Part shown: piece after piece, positions 47,575 through 58,504 of the stretch
Layout of the letters: the number at the start of each line of letters is the position of its first letter
Position numbering within the stretch: position 1 is the first letter of the stretch
From: Dehalococcoidia bacterium
Lineage (GTDB): Bacteria > Chloroflexota > Dehalococcoidia > SM23-28-2 > RBG-16-64-32
Direction of reading: 5' to 3'
Length of the DNA: 64,000 nt
NCBI GenBank assembly: GCA_040877915.1
Contig: JBBDNA010000006.1
Span: 26,993-90,992 of the forward strand
Notes under the pieces: generated by a model
What the model was told of the DNA's origin: nothing
The model's input: only the letters and a program-made list of their open reading frames with translations
Databases searched by the model: none
Made by a program: the position numbers and the translations under genes

Positions 47575-48630
47575 GTGCTCTTCAGCCGACGAAAGAACGA
47601 GATCATTCGCCCCGACGGCGCGCTGGCCGGCCGCGACCAGCCGGCGTTCGCTGTCCCGGCACGCCACGCCGTCCTCGGAACACCGCTGGAGCCTCCGTTT
47701 CCTGAAGGCATAAAGACATCGATCTTCGCGCTAGGGTGTTTCTGGGGCGCGGAACGGCTTTTCTGGCAGCTTCCCGGCGTCTACACCACGGCGGCCGGTT
47801 ACAGCGGCGGCTTCACCAGCAACCCGACCTACGAGGAGGTGTGCTCGGGAAGCACCGGCCACGCCGAGGCGGTCCTGGTCGCGTTCGACCCGGCAAAGGT
47901 GTCCTACGAGTCGCTGCTGGAGAGGTTTTTCGAGGAGCACGACCCGACGCAGGGGATGCGGCAGGGCAATGACGTTGGGACCCAGTACCGCTCAGGCATC
48001 TACTACGCAGACGAAGAGCAGCGCCGGACAGCGGAGGCGGCAAGCCGCGCCTACAACGAGGCTCTCCAGAAGTCCGGATTCCCCGAGATCACGACCGAGA
48101 TCGCGCCGGCCGGCCCCTTCTACTACGCCGAGGAGCAGCACCAGCAGTACCTGCACAAGGTGCCGAACGGGTACTGCGGCCTGGCCGGGACGGGCGTTCC
48201 CTATTCGATCCCGGCGCCGTCCGAGGCTGAGGAGCGGCTCCTGCCCGTAACCGGGAACGATGACGAATGGCGCCGCCGCCTAACCCCGGATCAGTACGCG
48301 GTGCTCCGTCAGGCGGGGACCGAGCGTCCCTTCTCGGGCCAATACGTCGACACGGACGAGGACGGGATGTACCGCTGCGCGGCCTGCGGCAACCCGCTGT
48401 TCGACAGCGCGACAAAGTACCACTCCGGCTGCGGCTGGCCGAGCTTCACCGACGCCGTCTCGCCGGACGCGGTGGGGCTGCTCGAAGACACCTCCCACGG
48501 CATGGCCCGCACGGAAGTGCGCTGCGCCCGCTGCGACTCCCACCTCGGTCACGTCTTCGACGATGGTCCCGGCGACAGCGGTCAGCGCTGGTGCATCAAC
48601 AGCCTGTCCCTGGACCTCGACCGGCGCTGA
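47575..48630 (+). CDS. msrAB: Bifunctional peptide methionine sulfoxide reductase MsrA-MsrB fusion
   Basis: The N-terminal half is close to E. coli MsrA (ALAGRDQP...[30 protein letters not shown]). The C-terminal half is MsrB ([24 protein letters not shown]...[17 protein letters not shown]). Start set to GTG 47575 (after CAGGAGG). The ORF-track start overlaps the tRNA. Confidence 0.85.
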   Translation: MLFSRRKNEIIRPDGALAGRDQPAFAVPARHAVLGTPLEPPFPEGIKTSIFALGCFWGAERLFWQLPGVYTTAAGYSGGFTSNPTYEEVCSGSTGHAEAVLVAFDPAKVSYESLLERFFEEHDPTQGMRQGNDVGTQYRSGIYYADEEQRRTAEAASRAYNEALQKSGFPEITTEIAPAGPFYYAEEQHQQYLHKVPNGYCGLAGTGVPYSIPAPSEAEERLLPVTGNDDEWRRRLTPDQYAVLRQAGTERPFSGQYVDTDEDGMYRCAACGNPLFDSATKYHSGCGWPSFTDAVSPDAVGLLEDTSHGMARTEVRCARCDSHLGHVFDDGPGDSGQRWCINSLSLDLDRR

Positions 48631-48739
48631 TCGCCCCGTTGCAGCCGCCGGGCCCGTGGCCCTCGGTGCGGATACGCCCGTTCGTCCTGTACAATGGCCT
48701 CGATCTGAAAAACGAGCTGTATCGAACGGGGCGATAGCC

Positions 48740-48910
48740 ATGGTCAAGCGAGTATCGAGCAGGAACCGGCGCAAGGGTCACGTGCGCCCGGGCAACGTCA
48801 AGCGACGGGTGAGAGCGGAAAAAGAGGCGATAGCCCGTATACAGACGATCCTGGGGCGACCCAGCGCCACGCCCGCCGCTCCGAGCGACCAAGCCGCCAA
48901 ATCCGGCTAG
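48740..48910 (+). CDS. Hypothetical small basic protein (56 aa)
   Basis: MVKRVSSRNRRKGHVRPGNVKRRVRAEKEAIARIQTILG.... An extended -10 (cTGtACAAT, 48688..48696) lies upstream, but the RBS is weak. Confidence 0.25.
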   Translation: MVKRVSSRNRRKGHVRPGNVKRRVRAEKEAIARIQTILGRPSATPAAPSDQAAKSG

Positions 48911-49158
48911 CCGCCAGGCCGGGTCCCCCCTCCGCCTCGTCCGAGCGAACGCTCCGTGTCCTCTTTCGACCTGAGGCCCCAGAGCGCCAGAACCGGGCAC
49001 GAAAGGAGGCAGGTACTTTCAGAGACCCTGCGGTCCTGGCGCCGTGGCGTCCCGGGTCGGGGACACATCAGTCTAAGAGCGAAGCCCGGCAGTGGCTTTA
49101 AGGAGAGGTTAACGGGACGTTAGCTTTCCTTGAACGCCGGCTCGCCGGCCGCCACCCA

Positions 49159-49824
49159 TCAGTACTTCGAAACGTTCAGCTCGCCGATCTTGCCCTCCAC
49201 CAGGTAGACCACCCGCTCGCAGATGTTGGTGACGCGGTCGGCGATGCGCTCCAGGTTGTGCGCCACCCAGGTCAGGTAGGTTGCGCGTTCAATCGTCTGC
49301 GGGTTGCCCAGCATGTACACGAGCAGCTCGCGATACACCTGGTCGTTCAGGGCGTCCACCTCGTCGTCCTGGTCACAGATGGCGACGGCACGCGCCGCAT
49401 CGCGGTCCTTGAACGCTTCCAGGCTGGACATCAGCATGCTCTGGCACAGCTGGGCCATGCGCGGGATGTCAATGTAGGGCTTGAGCGGCGGCGCGTCGGC
49501 GAGGAGAACGGCTATCTTGGCGATCCCCTCCGCGTGGTCGCCCATGCGCTCCAGGTCGACGACGATGTGCAGCACCGCGAAGATGGTTCGCAGGTCGCCG
49601 GCCAGGGGCTGCTGGGTGGCCACCAGCTCCAGGCACTTCTCCTCCGTCTCGTAACGCTTGCGGTTGATCTTCGCGTCGTCGGCGATGACCTGGCGGGCCA
49701 GCTCCACGTCGGGCCGGCGCAGGGCCTCCATCGACCGTTCGATAGCGCCGTGCACCATCGTGGCCAGCACCAGCATGTCCTCCTGGATGACCTCCAGCTG
49801 CCGTTCGAACTCGACTCGTGTCAT
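49159..49824 (-). CDS. phoU: Phosphate-transport regulator PhoU
   Basis: 221 aa with duplicated PhoU repeats (DxxxD metal sites: DDAKINRKRYE, DDEVDALNDQ). Downstream of pstB. Confidence 0.9.
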   Translation of the reverse strand: MTRVEFERQLEVIQEDMLVLATMVHGAIERSMEALRRPDVELARQVIADDAKINRKRYETEEKCLELVATQQPLAGDLRTIFAVLHIVVDLERMGDHAEGIAKIAVLLADAPPLKPYIDIPRMAQLCQSMLMSSLEAFKDRDAARAVAICDQDDEVDALNDQVYRELLVYMLGNPQTIERATYLTWVAHNLERIADRVTNICERVVYLVEGKIGELNVSKY

Positions 49825-49830
49825 GGCGTT

Positions 49831-50724
49831 CTACCCGAACCGTCCGGTTATGTAGTCTTCGGTGCGGTGATCCCTCGGGTTCGTGAACAGCTCGTTCGTC
49901 AAACCGTACTCGATCAGCTCGCCGGGACCGCCCTCGTGGGCCAGCAGCATGAACGCCGTGTAGTCCGAGACCCGCGCCGCTTGCTGCATGTTGTGGGTGA
50001 CGATGACGATGGTGAAGTCCTTGACCAGCTCCCGGATGAGGTCCTCGATCTTCAGCGTGGCGATGGGGTCCAGTGCAGAGCAGGGCTCGTCCATCAGGAT
50101 GACGTCCGGCTGCACCGCCAGCGCTCTGGCGATGCACAGGCGCTGCTGCTGGCCACCGGAGAGGGCGAGGCCGGACTTCCGGAGGTCGTCCTTCACCTCG
50201 TCCCAGAGAGCGGCCTGCCGCAGGCAACCCTCCACCAGGTCGTCCATCCGGCCGCGGAAGCCGTTCACCCGCGCCCCGAACGCCACGTTGTCGTAGATGG
50301 ACTTGGGGAAGGGGTTGGGCTTCTGGAACACCATGCCGATGCGGCGTCGCACCTCCACGGGGTCCACCTGCCGGTCGTAGATGTTGGCGCCGTGATACTG
50401 AATGGTCCCCGACACGCGAACGCCCGGGATAAGGTCGTTCATGCGGTTCAGGCAGCGCAGCAGCGTGCTCTTGCCGCAGCCGGACGGCCCGATGAGCGCC
50501 GTCACCCTGTTTACGGGGTAGTTCATCGTGACGCCGGCCAGCGCGTGCTTGTGGCCGTACCAGAGGTTCAGACCGTCGAGGGCGAACACCGCCGGCTCCG
50601 GCGGGTCGATGATGGCGCGGCCGGCGGCGGGCTCGCGCCTCTCGGCCGGGGCCCGCGCTAGGGCGGCGCCGGGCGCCGCCACGCGGACCTCCGGCGGCTG
50701 GACGGGCAGCTTCGTCTCCGTCAC
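49831..50724 (-). CDS. pstB: Phosphate ABC transporter ATP-binding protein PstB (with ~45-aa N-terminal extension)
   Basis: [20 protein letters not shown] Walker [10 protein letters not shown] signature and [11 protein letters not shown] Walker B. Confidence 0.9.
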   Translation of the reverse strand: MTETKLPVQPPEVRVAAPGAALARAPAERREPAAGRAIIDPPEPAVFALDGLNLWYGHKHALAGVTMNYPVNRVTALIGPSGCGKSTLLRCLNRMNDLIPGVRVSGTIQYHGANIYDRQVDPVEVRRRIGMVFQKPNPFPKSIYDNVAFGARVNGFRGRMDDLVEGCLRQAALWDEVKDDLRKSGLALSGGQQQRLCIARALAVQPDVILMDEPCSALDPIATLKIEDLIRELVKDFTIVIVTHNMQQAARVSDYTAFMLLAHEGGPGELIEYGLTNELFTNPRDHRTEDYITGRFG

Positions 50725-50757
50725 CGGCGACCTCCCCTCGGTTGTAGGCGAACGTGG

Positions 50758-51648
50758 CTACTCACGGCGGAAGCGCTCCCGTATCAGAGCCGCTATCAAG
50801 TTCAGGCCAACCACTGCCACCATGAGCAGGATGATGGCGGCGGCAGCGTTCTGCCGGAACGCTTCCTGGGGGCGGATAGTCCAGTTGTATATCTGGATCG
50901 GTACCGTCGTGAAGTCGTCGGTCAGGCTGGTGTTGTCGAAGGCGATGAACGTAAACGCGCCGATCATGATCAGGGCCGCCGTTTCGCCGATGGCGCGGGA
51001 CGTGGCCAGGATGATGCCGGTCATGATGCCCGGCATCGCCCCCGGCAGCACGTGGTGCCGAACCGTCTGCCAGTGCGTCGCGCCCACTGCCAGCGATGCC
51101 TCCTTGATGCTCGGCGGGACCTGGCGAATCGCCTCTTGCGAGGCGATAACGGTCATGGGGATGATCATGAGAGACAGCGTGAACGCCCCGGCGAGAATGC
51201 TGGGCCCCATCTCCAGGAAGCGCACGAAAAGGGCCAGGCCCAGGATGCCGTAGATGATGCTGGGCACGCCGGCCAGGTTGGCCAGGTTCAGTTTGACGAT
51301 GGTCAGCAGGATATTGCGCGGCGCGAACTCCTCCATCCAGATCGCCGTGCCGATGGCGATGGGAAAGGCCAGCGCGATCGTGGCCCCCATCACCCAGGCA
51401 GTGCCGAGGATAGACGAGCGAAGGCCCGCCTGGTCCGCGAACCGGGACGGGTAGTTCGTTATGAATGACCAGCTGATGCGGTCGGCGCCCTCGATCGCCG
51501 TCTCGTAGGCGAGCACCAGCAGCACGAACACGCCGACGAGGGTGGCCGCCAGGAGGACGTACCGCGACCCCCTGGAGACGGCCTGCCTGCGGGCCACGGC
51601 GCCGCTGGCGCGGAGGGAGACGGGCGCAGTCGCTTCGCGCTGCGCCAC
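50758..51648 (-). CDS. pstA: Phosphate ABC transporter permease PstA
   Basis: 296 aa, 6 TM, with the EAA-like motif REASLAVGATHWQTVRHHVLP. Confidence 0.85.
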   Translation of the reverse strand: MAQREATAPVSLRASGAVARRQAVSRGSRYVLLAATLVGVFVLLVLAYETAIEGADRISWSFITNYPSRFADQAGLRSSILGTAWVMGATIALAFPIAIGTAIWMEEFAPRNILLTIVKLNLANLAGVPSIIYGILGLALFVRFLEMGPSILAGAFTLSLMIIPMTVIASQEAIRQVPPSIKEASLAVGATHWQTVRHHVLPGAMPGIMTGIILATSRAIGETAALIMIGAFTFIAFDNTSLTDDFTTVPIQIYNWTIRPQEAFRQNAAAAIILLMVAVVGLNLIAALIRERFRRE

Positions 51649-52611
51649 CTACTCGTACTCCTCGCGGTAGCGGCCCACGATCAGGGTGGCGGCGATGTTG
51701 AAGATCAGCGTCATCATGAACAGCACCAGCGCCACCGCGAACAGCGACTGGTACTTGACGCTGCCGCGGGCCACGTCTCCCAGCCCGATCTGGAGCATGA
51801 AGCCCGTCATCGTCTGGATGCTTTCGTTCGGCCAGAGGGTCAGGTGCGGCGTAGAGCCGGCGGCGATGGCCACTATCATCGTCTCGCCGACGACTCTGGC
51901 CGTGGCCAGGAGGATGGCCGCGATTATCCCTGAGAGCGCGGCCGGCACTACCACGCGCAGCGCCACCTCCATTCGCGTTGACCCCAGACCGTAGGCCGCC
52001 TCGCGCAGGTCGCGGGGCACGCTGGCCATGGCGTCCTCAGAGATAGAGGCGATGGTGGGCAGGATCATCACGGCCAGCATCAGGCTGGCCGAGAGCGAGT
52101 TGAAGATCGGGATGTTGTCCCGGCCGAACAGCGGTTGCAGCACATCCTGGGTCACGACCGTCAGCGCGAAGTAGGCGTAGACCACGGTGGGGACGCCGGC
52201 CAGCGCCTCCAGCAGGGGCTTCAAGACTTTTCGCGTCCGCGGGTGGGCGTACTCGCTGAGGTAGATCGCCGTGCCCAGCCCAACAGGCAGCGCGAACACC
52301 AGTGACCAGAGCACAACGTTCATCGTGCCGGCCACCAGCTCCCATATCCCGAACGACGACGGCTCGAACAGGGGTTGCCAGTCGGTGTCCAGGAAGAATT
52401 CCGCGAGCGAAACGTGCTCGAAAAACGTCCAGGCCTCGCTGAACAGCACGAACACGATGAGCGCGGTGGTCAGCAGCGAGACGGCCGCGCAGAGCAGCAA
52501 CAGGGTCTTGATGACCATCTCGCTCGTGCGGCGGAAGGGCTGCTTGCGCAGCGCCCTGGCTAGTGCCGCCTGCTGGTCAACGGTGGCTTGCAGTGCGCAC
52601 TCTCCCTTCAA
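51649..52611 (-). CDS. pstC: Phosphate ABC transporter permease PstC
   Basis: 320 aa with the permease motif REAAYGLGSTRMEVALRVVVPAA. Directly abuts pstA. Confidence 0.85.
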   Translation of the reverse strand: MKGECALQATVDQQAALARALRKQPFRRTSEMVIKTLLLLCAAVSLLTTALIVFVLFSEAWTFFEHVSLAEFFLDTDWQPLFEPSSFGIWELVAGTMNVVLWSLVFALPVGLGTAIYLSEYAHPRTRKVLKPLLEALAGVPTVVYAYFALTVVTQDVLQPLFGRDNIPIFNSLSASLMLAVMILPTIASISEDAMASVPRDLREAAYGLGSTRMEVALRVVVPAALSGIIAAILLATARVVGETMIVAIAAGSTPHLTLWPNESIQTMTGFMLQIGLGDVARGSVKYQSLFAVALVLFMMTLIFNIAATLIVGRYREEYE

Positions 52612-52730
52612 ACACGGCCGCCGCGGCTAGCGAAAGCGCCGCGGCGGGCCGTTCCCTATGTCGCCCGTCAGCGAAGGAACCGCTGCCGGCTCCTCCGCTG
52701 ACAGAACCTCCCTCTGGGCCGATGGACCTC

Positions 52731-53783
52731 CTATTCGAACGGTTCAATCTTCGCCGTCTGCTGCGCCAGCAGGTCGTCGGGCATCGTTACGTAGCCGACC
52801 TCGGGAACCAGCGTTGCGGTGTTCTCCAGGTAGAACTGGCTGAAACCGAGAACCTCCGGCCGGGAGGTCAGCAACTCTTGCGTGGTGTAGATGAACAGCG
52901 GCCGGCTCAGCGGCGTGTAGGATCCGTCCAGCGCCGCCTCGAACGAGGGCTCCACGCAGCCGCCCCCGCCATCCACGGGCACGGGCTTCAACGCCTGCCC
53001 GGCCTCCTGGAAGTAGGCGAAGCCGAAGTAGCCCAGGCCGTTGGTGTTTTCCTCTATACCCAGGGCCAGGACGTTATCGTCCTCGGACGCCGTGTCGTGT
53101 TCGCCGCCGCCGCGGTGGGTCGCGTTCTCGTCGACCCCCTCGATGACGGCCTCGACGAAGTAGTCGAACGTGCCGGAGTCGGTGCCGGGGAAGAAGAACT
53201 CGATAGTCTCGTCGGGCCAGCCGGCGCGGATGTCCGCCCAGGTGGTGGCGCCGCCGGCGCTGAAGGCGGTAAACAGCTCCTGAACCGTCATGCAGTCCAC
53301 GAAATCGTTGTCCGGGTGAACCATCACGGTCAGGGCGTCGATCGCCACCTGGAGCTCGACGATGTCGGTGATGCCGGCGGCGGCGCAGGCGTCTATCTCG
53401 TCCTGCTCTATCGGCCGCGAGGCGTCGCTGAACTCGGTCTCGCCGCGGCAGAACTTCTCGAAGCCACCGCCAGTGCCGGAGAAGGCTACGTTGACGCGGG
53501 TGTCGGCAACCTTGCTGAACTCCTCGGCCGCCGCTTCGGAGATGGGGAACACAGTGGACGAACCGTCGATGCGGATCTCGCCGCCCAGGCCGCTGTAGTC
53601 GCGCCCCCCGTCGGCCGGGGTCTCGCCGGCGGCCGGCGTCTCCCCACCAGCATCATCCTCTTTCTTGTCGTCCTTGCACCCTGCGATCAAGATGACGAGG
53701 AGCGCCACCGCCAGCGCGCCCGCGAGGAGCAAAACGCCGCCGCGGAACCGCCTGCCCCGGCCCTCCTGACGTACCTGATCCAT
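52731..53783 (-). CDS. pstS: Phosphate-binding lipoprotein PstS
   Basis: Signal + lipobox (LIAGC), a D/E/K-rich linker, and the PBP-type motifs IRIDGSSTVFP and SGTGGGFEKF. Confidence 0.85.
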   Translation of the reverse strand: MDQVRQEGRGRRFRGGVLLLAGALAVALLVILIAGCKDDKKEDDAGGETPAAGETPADGGRDYSGLGGEIRIDGSSTVFPISEAAAEEFSKVADTRVNVAFSGTGGGFEKFCRGETEFSDASRPIEQDEIDACAAAGITDIVELQVAIDALTVMVHPDNDFVDCMTVQELFTAFSAGGATTWADIRAGWPDETIEFFFPGTDSGTFDYFVEAVIEGVDENATHRGGGEHDTASEDDNVLALGIEENTNGLGYFGFAYFQEAGQALKPVPVDGGGGCVEPSFEAALDGSYTPLSRPLFIYTTQELLTSRPEVLGFSQFYLENTATLVPEVGYVTMPDDLLAQQTAKIEPFE

Positions 53784-53820
53784 ATGGGGGTACCTCCTTT
53801 GGATGTCTAGGTTTGTTCGT

Positions 53821-53870
53821 GGTTCACATTAACGCCGGTTGTTTAACGCGTTGTTAACGGCCATTAAAGC
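53821..53870 (-). promoter_or_regulatory. Pho-box-like phased direct repeats upstream of pstS
   Basis: Four (T)TAAC/TTAAA repeats at 53829, 53843, 53854 and 53864 with 10-14 bp phasing, in a locally AT-rich tract 40-90 nt upstream of pstS. A PhoB/RegX3-type regulator is encoded nearby. Confidence 0.35.
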
Positions 53871-54136
53871 GGCGTAAAAGCTGGCGACTTTGTCGCCCGC
53901 TCTTCGCCGCCCGTGCCGTCCAGCGCGTCCAGCGTCTCCCGCCAGGAGGCCAGTATCTCCTCCAGGATCTCGCGGGCGCGCAGCGCCGTGCGCAGCTCCC
54001 GTCCGCCGCGGGCCACGGCACGGCCCAGCCGGATGCTGGCCAGCGCCGCTTCGCAGCCCTCAACCAGAACGCGGCAGGCGATGCGTTGCGCCTCCAGCTC
54101 CTCCCTGGCCCCGGCGTACCTGACTGCAGTCCTCAT
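53864..54136 (-). CDS. Hypothetical protein (90 aa) between the two-component genes and pstS
   Basis: Good RBS (AAAGGAG-ccgagg-ATG at 54136). MRTAVRYAGAREELEAQRIACRVLVEGCEAALASIRLGRAVARGG.... No known motif. Confidence 0.3.
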   Translation of the reverse strand: MRTAVRYAGAREELEAQRIACRVLVEGCEAALASIRLGRAVARGGRELRTALRAREILEEILASWRETLDALDGTGGEERATKSPAFTPL

Positions 54137-54574
54137 CCTCGGCTCCTTTCGATTAGGCCCGACAACCCCGGATCCGCTTCCGGAGTTACCGGGCCGGGCA
54201 GGAGAGTGATTCGCTTGCCGGTGGCCCAGGCGTGGGCGCTCCGTCACCTGCGCCCCGAGCGCAGCCGCGCCGTCCGCTCATGGCGCAGGCAGCGGGCGAT
54301 CTCGTCGTGGCATCGGGCGTTGAAGGGCGCTGCGTCCCCGGTCTGGGGGCGGCGGGCGCCGCCCCCAGACCCACCGAGGACCCTACGGAGGGTCGACGCA
54401 ACCACGCGGGCCGGGAAGCCCATGGAGTGGACAAGGCTGGATGATCGGCTGAGTTCCGGCGTGCTCTTCGGCGCTTTGCTGGCCTTCATCGTGTTCTCCG
54501 AGGCCAATGCTAGCGCGCGGCAGCTTAACGAGGTGTTAAGGCCCGTAAACCGCTTGTAAAAAGTGTAGCGGTAG

Positions 54575-55927
54575 CTAGTCGCCGGGCGCGACGGGAAGAG
54601 AGAAGCTGAACCTGGAGCCGCGGCCGTGCTCGCTTTCGGCGGCAACGCTGCCACCGTGGGCCTCCACGGTGTGCTTGACGACCGCCAGACCCAGCCCGGT
54701 GCCGGAGTCGCCGCGGGAGCGGTCGGCCTTGTAGAACCGCTCGAACACTCGCGGCAGGTCCTCGGGGGCGATGCCGACGCCGGTGTCGCTTACCTGGACA
54801 GTCACGACGCCGTTAGTCGCCGCGGCCGACACGCGAACGGCGCCGCCGCGTTCCGTGAACTTGATCGCGTTGCCGATGAGGTTGATTGCCACGCGCTCCA
54901 GCCGGTCGGAGTCGCCGATAACGGACGGCAGACCGGGCGTCACCTCCAGGGTCAGCTGCGCCCCCTGGCGATCGGCGCGGGGCCGCAGCCTGTCCACGGC
55001 CGTCTCCAGCACGGAGGCCAGCGCCACGGGCTCCTGGGCCATCGGCACCTCGCCCGATTCCAGCCGCGACAGCTCCAGCAGCTCTTCCACCATCTTCACC
55101 AGGCGGTCCACCTCGCCGTCCGCGCGCGCCAGGAACTCTCGCGCCGTCTTCGGATCCTCCAGCGCGCCGCCGGACAGCGTCTCCAGAACGGACTTGATCC
55201 CGGCCAGCGGCGTGCGAAGCTCGTGCGAAACGTTGGCCACGAAGTCCCGGCGCACCTGCTCCACGCGCTTCACCTCGGTGAGGTCGTGAAAGATCACCAG
55301 CGCCGCCCAGCCCTCTCCACCGCCGACGATCGGCGTGGCGAACACCTGCAGGTACCGCCGGTTGGGCCGCTCTATCACGCGCGTCTCGCGCCGGCCTTCC
55401 TCGCGGCTGACCCGCAGCGCCTCCACGACATCGGCCTCGGGCATCAGCCAGGCGAACGGTTGACCCTCCAGCTCCTCCCTGGGGCGCGAGAGCAACTCCG
55501 CCGCCGCGGGGTTGGCGAAGGCCACGTGGCCGCTTTCGTCGAGGGCGACGACGGCGTCGACACTGCTGTCCAGCGAAGCCATCAGGCGGTTTCGTTCCTC
55601 CATCGCCGCCGCCACCCGCTCTTCCAGCCTGGACGCCATCCGGTTGAAGGCGCTGGCCAACAGCTCGGTCTCTCGCGCAGTCGTTGGTGGCGCCCTGCGG
55701 CTCAGATCGCCGCCGGCCAGCCCCTCGGCGGCGTCGACGATGCCGCCCAGACTGCGCAGCGTCAGGGCTGTCAGCCCAACGCTGATAGCGGCCGACACCC
55801 CCACGGCCGCGGCCGCCACTCCGATGGTGAGTCCGTCCAGCTCCCCGGCCGCGGCCAGGACGCCGGCGACGACGAGGAGCAGTATCGCGTGGACGGCGAG
55901 GATTCTCGCGCTGAGGTTGGCGGGCAC
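54575..55927 (-). CDS. Sensor histidine kinase (PhoR/SenX3-like)
   Basis: Two TM, HAMP, PAS, the H-box [10 protein letters not shown], and the N/G1/G2 boxes ([24 protein letters not shown]). Confidence 0.8.
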   Translation of the reverse strand: MPANLSARILAVHAILLLVVAGVLAAAGELDGLTIGVAAAAVGVSAAISVGLTALTLRSLGGIVDAAEGLAGGDLSRRAPPTTARETELLASAFNRMASRLEERVAAAMEERNRLMASLDSSVDAVVALDESGHVAFANPAAAELLSRPREELEGQPFAWLMPEADVVEALRVSREEGRRETRVIERPNRRYLQVFATPIVGGGEGWAALVIFHDLTEVKRVEQVRRDFVANVSHELRTPLAGIKSVLETLSGGALEDPKTAREFLARADGEVDRLVKMVEELLELSRLESGEVPMAQEPVALASVLETAVDRLRPRADRQGAQLTLEVTPGLPSVIGDSDRLERVAINLIGNAIKFTERGGAVRVSAAATNGVVTVQVSDTGVGIAPEDLPRVFERFYKADRSRGDSGTGLGLAVVKHTVEAHGGSVAAESEHGRGSRFSFSLPVAPGD

Positions 55928-55932
55928 AGCCC

Positions 55933-56688
55933 CTAGCTCTCGAACCGGTAGCCCACGCCGCGGACTGTGATCAGCCTCGTCGGCTTGGCCGGCTCCTCCT
56001 CAATCTTCTCCCGCAGCCAGCGCATGTGGACGTCCACCGTCCTGGTATCGCCGGCGAACCCGTATCCCCAGATCTGATTCAGCAGCTGCTCTCGGGTGAA
56101 GGCGCGACCTTTATTGCGCATGAAGAACCCCAGCAGCTCGAACTCTTTGGGCTTAAGGGGCAGCGCCTCGCCCTTGCGCTTGGCCCGCCGGCCGGCGAGG
56201 TCCATCTCCAGATCGCCTGAGGTCAAGACCTGCACCTCAGTCCCCGCCGGCGTCTCGGCGCGGCGCAGCAGCGCGCGCACGCGCGCCAGCAGCTCCCGCA
56301 TCCCGAACGGCTTGGTCACGTAGTCGTCCGCGCCCAGCTCCAGGCCAACGACCTTGTCCACCTCATCCGTCTTGGCGGTGAGCATGAGGATGGGCGCCGC
56401 CATGTCCCGGCGCAGGATGCGGCAGACCTCGAGCCCGCTGAGACCGGGCAGCATCAGGTCGAGGATAATCAGGTCGGGGCGGTCCGTCTGCGCCGCAGTC
56501 AACGCCGACTCCCCGTCCGGGGCGGTGGCGACTCGATAGCCCTCACGTTCGAGGTTGTACTGAAGCGTCGCCACGAGCGTCGGCTCGTCGTCGACTACGA
56601 GGATCTTCTTCACTGTTCCGGACCCATTATAGAGGAGCGCGTGGCCCGCGCCCAGCGGCCTTGAAAGCGCCCGCAGTCGCCCGTACAA
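55933..56688 (-). CDS. OmpR/PhoB-family response regulator
   Basis: Receiver ([10 protein letters not shown]...[11 protein letters not shown]) plus a winged-helix trans_reg_C domain ([15 protein letters not shown]...[15 protein letters not shown]). The true start may be GTG 56623 (VKKILVV). 6 nt from the kinase gene. Confidence 0.85.
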   Translation of the reverse strand: MYGRLRALSRPLGAGHALLYNGSGTVKKILVVDDEPTLVATLQYNLEREGYRVATAPDGESALTAAQTDRPDLIILDLMLPGLSGLEVCRILRRDMAAPILMLTAKTDEVDKVVGLELGADDYVTKPFGMRELLARVRALLRRAETPAGTEVQVLTSGDLEMDLAGRRAKRKGEALPLKPKEFELLGFFMRNKGRAFTREQLLNQIWGYGFAGDTRTVDVHMRWLREKIEEEPAKPTRLITVRGVGYRFES

Positions 56689-56711
56689 TGGTGCCTCCGG
56701 AGGAGATTGCC

Positions 56712-56927
56712 ATGGAAGATGAAGCGAGGCGCCTGTGCAGGAGCCGCAGAGACCGCAAGCTGTTCGGGGTGCTGGGCGGGCTGGCCCAGTTCTTCGGCCT
56801 GGACCCCTCTCTGGTGCGAATCGCCTACGTGGCCGTGACGATCATGACGGCGTTCGTGCCGGGAATGTTCCTCTATCTCATGATGGTGTTCATCGTCCCG
56901 CTGGAGCCCAGGGGCGACCGGTCTTAA
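56712..56927 (+). CDS. PspC-domain small membrane protein
   Basis: Trimmed to ATG 56712 (after GGAGGAG). [28 protein letters not shown] is the PspC signature, followed by one TM. Confidence 0.55.
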   Translation: MEDEARRLCRSRRDRKLFGVLGGLAQFFGLDPSLVRIAYVAVTIMTAFVPGMFLYLMMVFIVPLEPRGDRS

Positions 56928-56953
56928 GGCGCGTAAGCCAAGGCCCCCGACCC

Positions 56954-57619
56954 CTAGTACTTCGAAACGTTCAGCTCCGTCATCTTCCCCTCGACCAGGA
57001 AGACCACGCGCTCGCAGATGTTGGTCACCCTGTCGGCGATGCGTTCCAGGTTGTGGCTGACCCAGGTGAGGTAGGTGGCTCGCTGGATGGTCTTGGGGTC
57101 GTTGATCATGTAGACGATGAGCTCGCGGAACACCTGGTCGTGCAGGGCGTCCACCTCATCGTCATCGTCGCAGATCGCGATCGCCCGCTGGGCGTCGCGA
57201 TCCTTGAACGCCTCCACGGCGGACATCAGCATCTGCGTCGCCAGTTGGGCCATGCGGGGGATGTCGATGTAGGGCTTGAGCGGCGGCTCGTCGGCGAGCA
57301 ACAGGGCAATCTTGGCGATGCCCTCCGCGTGATCGCCCATCCGCTCCAGGTCCACGATGATGTGGAGGACGGCCACGATCGTCCGCAGGTCGCCGGCCAA
57401 CGGCTGCTGCGTCGCGAACAGCTCCAGGCACTTCTCCTCAGTCTCGTAGCGCTTCCGGTTAATCTTGACATCGTCCGTGATGACCTGCCGGGCCAGCTCC
57501 ACGTCGCGGCCCTTCAGCGCCTCGATCGAACGCTCGATGGCGCTGGCGACCATCGTTGCCAGCACCAGCATGTCTTCCTGGATCCCCTCCAGTTGCCGCT
57601 CGAACGCCGTTCTGGTCAT
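56954..57619 (-). CDS. phoU: PhoU paralog
   Basis: 221 aa, about 75% identical to the 49159..49824 product (same length and motifs). Confidence 0.9.
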   Translation of the reverse strand: MTRTAFERQLEGIQEDMLVLATMVASAIERSIEALKGRDVELARQVITDDVKINRKRYETEEKCLELFATQQPLAGDLRTIVAVLHIIVDLERMGDHAEGIAKIALLLADEPPLKPYIDIPRMAQLATQMLMSAVEAFKDRDAQRAIAICDDDDEVDALHDQVFRELIVYMINDPKTIQRATYLTWVSHNLERIADRVTNICERVVFLVEGKMTELNVSKY

Positions 57620-57624
57620 CGCGC

Positions 57625-58488
57625 CTAACCGAACCTGCCCGTGATGTAGTCCTCCGTGCGCTTATCGCCGGGGTTGGTGAAGATGTCGCTGGTGGGACCG
57701 TACTCGATGACCTCGCCGGGGCCGCCCTCGTGGGTCAGCAGCATGAACGCCGTGTAGTCGGAGACCCGCGCCGCCTGCTGCATGTTGTGGGTGACGATGA
57801 TTATCGTGAACTCCTGCACCAGCTCCCGGATAAGGTCTTCGATCTTGAGGGTGGCGATGGGATCCAGCGCCGAGCAAGGCTCGTCCATCAGGATCACGTC
57901 CGGCTGCACGGCCAGCGCGCGGGCGATGCACAGCCGCTGCTGCTGGCCACCGGAGAGAGCGAGGCCGGACGCCTTGAGGTCGTCCTTGACCTCGTCCCAG
58001 AGCGCCGCCTGGCGCAGGCTCCGCTCGACCAGTTCGTTCATCTGGCGGCCCGGGTAGCCGTTCACGCGGGCCCCGAACGCCACGTTATCGTAGATCGACT
58101 TGGGGAACGGGTTGGGCTTCTGGAACACCATGCCCACGCGCCGCCTGACCTCCACCGGGTCCACCTGCCGGTCGTAGATGTTGACGCCGTGGTAGTGCAC
58201 GCGGCCGGAGACCCTGACGCCGCGGATCGTATCGTTCATGCGGTTCAGGCAGCGCAGCAGCGTGCTCTTGCCGCAGCCGGACGGCCCGATCAACGCCGTC
58301 ACCTTGTTTATCGGAAAGTTCATCGAGACGCCCGTCAAGGCCTGCTTGTGTCCGTACCACAGGCTCAGGTCCTCCAGCACCAGCAGCGGCAGCTCCGGCG
58401 GCTCGAACAGGCGCTTGGCCTGGGTCGCGGGCGCCTCGTCGGGCGCGGCGGGCTCCGTCTTCATCGCGAACAGGATACACCGCCGCAA
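57625..58488 (-). CDS. pstB: PstB paralog (phosphate ABC ATPase)
   Basis: [20 protein letters not shown] and LSGGQQQRL. Close paralog of 49831..50724, paired with the second phoU. Confidence 0.9.
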   Translation of the reverse strand: MRRCILFAMKTEPAAPDEAPATQAKRLFEPPELPLLVLEDLSLWYGHKQALTGVSMNFPINKVTALIGPSGCGKSTLLRCLNRMNDTIRGVRVSGRVHYHGVNIYDRQVDPVEVRRRVGMVFQKPNPFPKSIYDNVAFGARVNGYPGRQMNELVERSLRQAALWDEVKDDLKASGLALSGGQQQRLCIARALAVQPDVILMDEPCSALDPIATLKIEDLIRELVQEFTIIIVTHNMQQAARVSDYTAFMLLTHEGGPGEVIEYGPTSDIFTNPGDKRTEDYITGRFG

Positions 58489-58504
58489 GATGCCGCGCCA
58501 AACG

